Part shown: positions 61,499-64,000 of the stretch, piece after piece | Layout: each line of letters starts with the position of its first letter | Numbering within the stretch: position 1 is the first letter of the stretch | Assembly (NCBI GenBank): GCA_044229335.1 | Contig: JBGATC010000018.1 | Coordinates: 530 to 64,529, forward strand | Direction: 5' to 3' | Length of the DNA stretch: 64,000 nucleotides | Source of the DNA: Planctomycetaceae bacterium | GTDB lineage: Bacteria > Planctomycetota > Planctomycetia > Planctomycetales > Planctomycetaceae | Program-made: the position numbers and the translations under genes | Notes under the pieces: model-generated | Seen by the model: the letters and a program-made list of their open reading frames with translations, nothing else | Databases searched by the model: none | Told to the model about the DNA's origin: nothing

Positions 61499-63973
61499 TT
61501 AATGATTGAAGACGAATTCACGACTGTTGAGCAGTGCCCAGAAGATGTCGTCCAAGGGTTGCTTGGGCGACTTGCTCTCGGCGAAGAGGGGAGTCAACGC
61601 GGAGACTTCTTCTTCCGTCGGCTTCCGTGACAGGCAGCGGATATACATCCGCTCGACGATCTGAGCGGGCGTCAGGCCTTCCTTCAGCCAGACGCCAGTC
61701 ATGTTCCCCTGAGCAATCTTGACGTTGGTCGCTTCGCCGTTGAGCAGGTGCAACGCTTGAGAAAGCGTTGGCTCCATCTTCACTTCGCATGAACAGGCTG
61801 TTTCGCGTGTCGCACGGCCGAAGGTGGTCAGGAAGTAGGAACTCGTCGCACCATCGGCGATCTGCACCGCACGGGCACCCAGCGGCAGACGCGGGAACTT
61901 GTCCTTGGTGGTTGTCACCTGGCTCAGCACATCCAGCATCGACTCCGCCTTGATCCGGCGCAGCTGCTGACGGGCGAAGTTCCGTTCGTCGAGCGCGTTC
62001 GACGGATTCGACTCCGTCGAGCGTTGATAGGCTTCCGATCGGCAAATCTCGCGGATCAGGCCGCGGAGATCGTAATTCGATTCAGTAAACCGCTTCGCCA
62101 GTTCCTTCAGCAGCGGAGCATTCGCGGGCGGGTTGCTGACCCGCACATCGTCGACCGGTTCGATAATCCCGATCCCGAAGAAGTGATGCCAGATCCGGTT
62201 CGCGAAGTTCTCCGCGAAGTAGGGATTCTGTGGCGAGGCCAGCCAGTTCGCAAGGACTTCACGTCGATCCTTCCCGGCCGTATCTGCTGCGCCGTAACCC
62301 AGGAAGACGGGAGGCATCACACGGCCACCCACGGGATGCCGCATCTCTCCGCCACCCGAATTGAAGACGATCGTTTCGCGATAATCTTCACTCTGCTTGC
62401 GGCCGATCTGCGTGAAGAACGCGGCGAAGCCGTAGTAATCGTCCTGGGTCCAGCGATCGAAGGGATGGTTGTGACACTGGGCACATTGAGTCCGCATCCC
62501 CATGAAGATCTGCGCGACGTTTTCCGAAACCTTCAGCGTGTCGCGTTCGATCTGATAGAAGTTCGTCTGCGAGGTCTTGAACGTTCCCCCCGAAGCCCCG
62601 AGGATCTCGCGGACCATTTTGTCGAGGGGCACGTTGCTCGCGATCTGCTCGCTGAGCCACGTGTAATACAGGGCGATCGACTTGGTGCTCGTCTGGTTCG
62701 ACGAACGCATCATCAGCCATTCAGCCCACTTGGCGACCCAGACTTCGGTGAACTCTTTCCGTGTCAGCAGTTCTTCGATCAGCTGATCGCGCTTATCGGG
62801 AGCGGTGCTCGACATGAACTGGGCGTACTCGGTCTCATCCGGAAGCATCCCGACAAGATCGAGGTAAATCCGGCGGAGAAAGACTTCGTCGCTGCAGCGA
62901 CCGGCCGGGTCCATCCGGAGTTGCTTGAGCTTCAAGTTGACGAGTTCATCGATGTAGTTTCGTGTGGGCTGCGGCTTGTCTTCCCACTGCAAGCCTTTCG
63001 GCAGCACGATGAAGTGTGAGCCGACGGTGTAGGTTGAGAAGCGGGCCATCACGAAGGCTTCGCCACGCTGGTTGGCAGTCACGACACCGTCGGCCGAAAT
63101 TGCGGCCGAGTTTTCGTTGCTGGTCATGAAGAGCGCGAGCCGGGTGATATCGCGATCGGTGCCATCGGAGTAGGTGGCCCGGACGGTGATCTGCTGCGTC
63201 GCCCCGGCACCATCCAGAACGGCCGTCTTTGGATAGACTTCAATCCCGGTGCAAGTTGGAATGTTGGCCGGATCCTGCGGGCAACCATTGGCAATCCAGC
63301 TGACCAGTGTCTGATTCATTTCCGAGTCGGCTTCGAACCGCTTGCCCCCCGTGTGCGGGACCGCACCGATCGACTTCTCGACGAGGAGGCTCGACATCGG
63401 CATCGCGTAATCGATGCGGCGACCGGGCAATTCACGCGTGATGCGGAAGTGATCGCCATCGGGATCGAACCCGAACAGCGACAGTCGGAATCCGTCTTTG
63501 CCACGGGCCGCTCCATGACAGCTGCCGGTGTTGCAGTTGGCCTTCATAAAGATCGGCATGATGTCGAGCTTGTAGCTGACAGCCGGCACTTCCGTGGCCT
63601 GCTCGACCTTGAGGGGGACCATCACTGTCTGTCCGCCGAACTCGACCTTGATCTCGGACTGCCCATCGGCGATCGGAAAGAAGTCGGTCCCGTTCTGCCG
63701 TACGAGGGCCGGATTCGCGACGGTCACCTTCGCTTCAGCGGCAACATCACGTGTCAGGCCGTCGCTGTAGTGAGCCTGAATCGTGATCAGTTGCCGATCC
63801 TTAGCGGTCGTCAGTGTTACATCCGCCGGGGCGACCACCAGCTTGGTGAGGGTCGACTCAGCAGCCTGGCTGGTCATAGCCGAGACAGACAGCACGCACA
63901 GCGTGAGAAGCGATCGCAATCCGATGATCCGCATGGGCTCGATCCGTTGGAAAGACAAGAACGCGTGACTCAT
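61499..63973 (-). CDS. Big_2 - DUF1549 - DUF1553 (PSD1) protein
   Basis: It has a signal peptide and an Ig-like N-terminal region. DUF1549: IFMKANCNTGSCHGAARGKDGFRLSLFGFD. DUF1553: CAQCHNHPFDRWTQDDYYGFAAFF. Confidence 0.9.
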   Translation of the reverse strand: MSHAFLSFQRIEPMRIIGLRSLLTLCVLSVSAMTSQAAESTLTKLVVAPADVTLTTAKDRQLITIQAHYSDGLTRDVAAEAKVTVANPALVRQNGTDFFPIADGQSEIKVEFGGQTVMVPLKVEQATEVPAVSYKLDIMPIFMKANCNTGSCHGAARGKDGFRLSLFGFDPDGDHFRITRELPGRRIDYAMPMSSLLVEKSIGAVPHTGGKRFEADSEMNQTLVSWIANGCPQDPANIPTCTGIEVYPKTAVLDGAGATQQITVRATYSDGTDRDITRLALFMTSNENSAAISADGVVTANQRGEAFVMARFSTYTVGSHFIVLPKGLQWEDKPQPTRNYIDELVNLKLKQLRMDPAGRCSDEVFLRRIYLDLVGMLPDETEYAQFMSSTAPDKRDQLIEELLTRKEFTEVWVAKWAEWLMMRSSNQTSTKSIALYYTWLSEQIASNVPLDKMVREILGASGGTFKTSQTNFYQIERDTLKVSENVAQIFMGMRTQCAQCHNHPFDRWTQDDYYGFAAFFTQIGRKQSEDYRETIVFNSGGGEMRHPVGGRVMPPVFLGYGAADTAGKDRREVLANWLASPQNPYFAENFANRIWHHFFGIGIIEPVDDVRVSNPPANAPLLKELAKRFTESNYDLRGLIREICRSEAYQRSTESNPSNALDERNFARQQLRRIKAESMLDVLSQVTTTKDKFPRLPLGARAVQIADGATSSYFLTTFGRATRETACSCEVKMEPTLSQALHLLNGEATNVKIAQGNMTGVWLKEGLTPAQIVERMYIRCLSRKPTEEEVSALTPLFAESKSPKQPLDDIFWALLNSREFVFNH

Positions 63974-64000
63974 TCGTGGAACTGCACAACCGCCTGCAGC

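Noticed and set aside
1-64000. Prophage, integrative element, IS element, or rRNA/tRNA genes.
   Set aside because: I saw no integrase, transposase, phage structural or tRNA-like sequence. The spacers were read by eye only, so a small RNA could still have been missed.

Overview
High-GC (~60%) chromosomal segment that is almost fully coding. The gene families point to Planctomycetota: DUF1501, DUF1549/DUF1553, PSCyt1-WD40, a membrane-bound-dehydrogenase/HEAT/heme protein, a sulfatase and LRR and TPR lipoproteins. This placement is inferred from family content, not from a search. I support about 45 CDS. They include a flagellar basal-body block on the minus strand (flgB-flgC-fliE-fliF-fliG-fliH) with an upstream FlgN-like ORF and an NtrC/FleQ-type regulator whose catalytic motifs look degenerate. 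There is a polyprenyl-phosphate glycosylation trio, a sulfatase plus PL10-like pair, and uvrC. Other notable genes are a GspE/PilB-type ATPase with an N-terminal transmembrane module and a 2334-aa PfaC-type PUFA/secondary-lipid synthase subunit (KS-CLF-AT-4 hotdog folds) with no partner genes nearby. Housekeeping genes are dapL, metG, lhr, truD and an nfeD-floA operon. I saw no rRNA, tRNA, CRISPR array, transposase or integrase. The most unusual signal is at nucleotide level. One part is a dispersed 15-nt motif, GCGAAGACGCAAGCG, with 8 exact copies plus variants in both orientations. The other is several families of structured inverted repeats (G-run/C-run arms, CTAG-rich arms, perfect palindromes). 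These repeats lie in intergenic spacers and also in frame inside ORFs (the Pfa synthase, the dehydrogenase/HEAT protein, metG). In some cases they abut or supply stop codons. All functional calls come from motif recognition by eye, without database searches.
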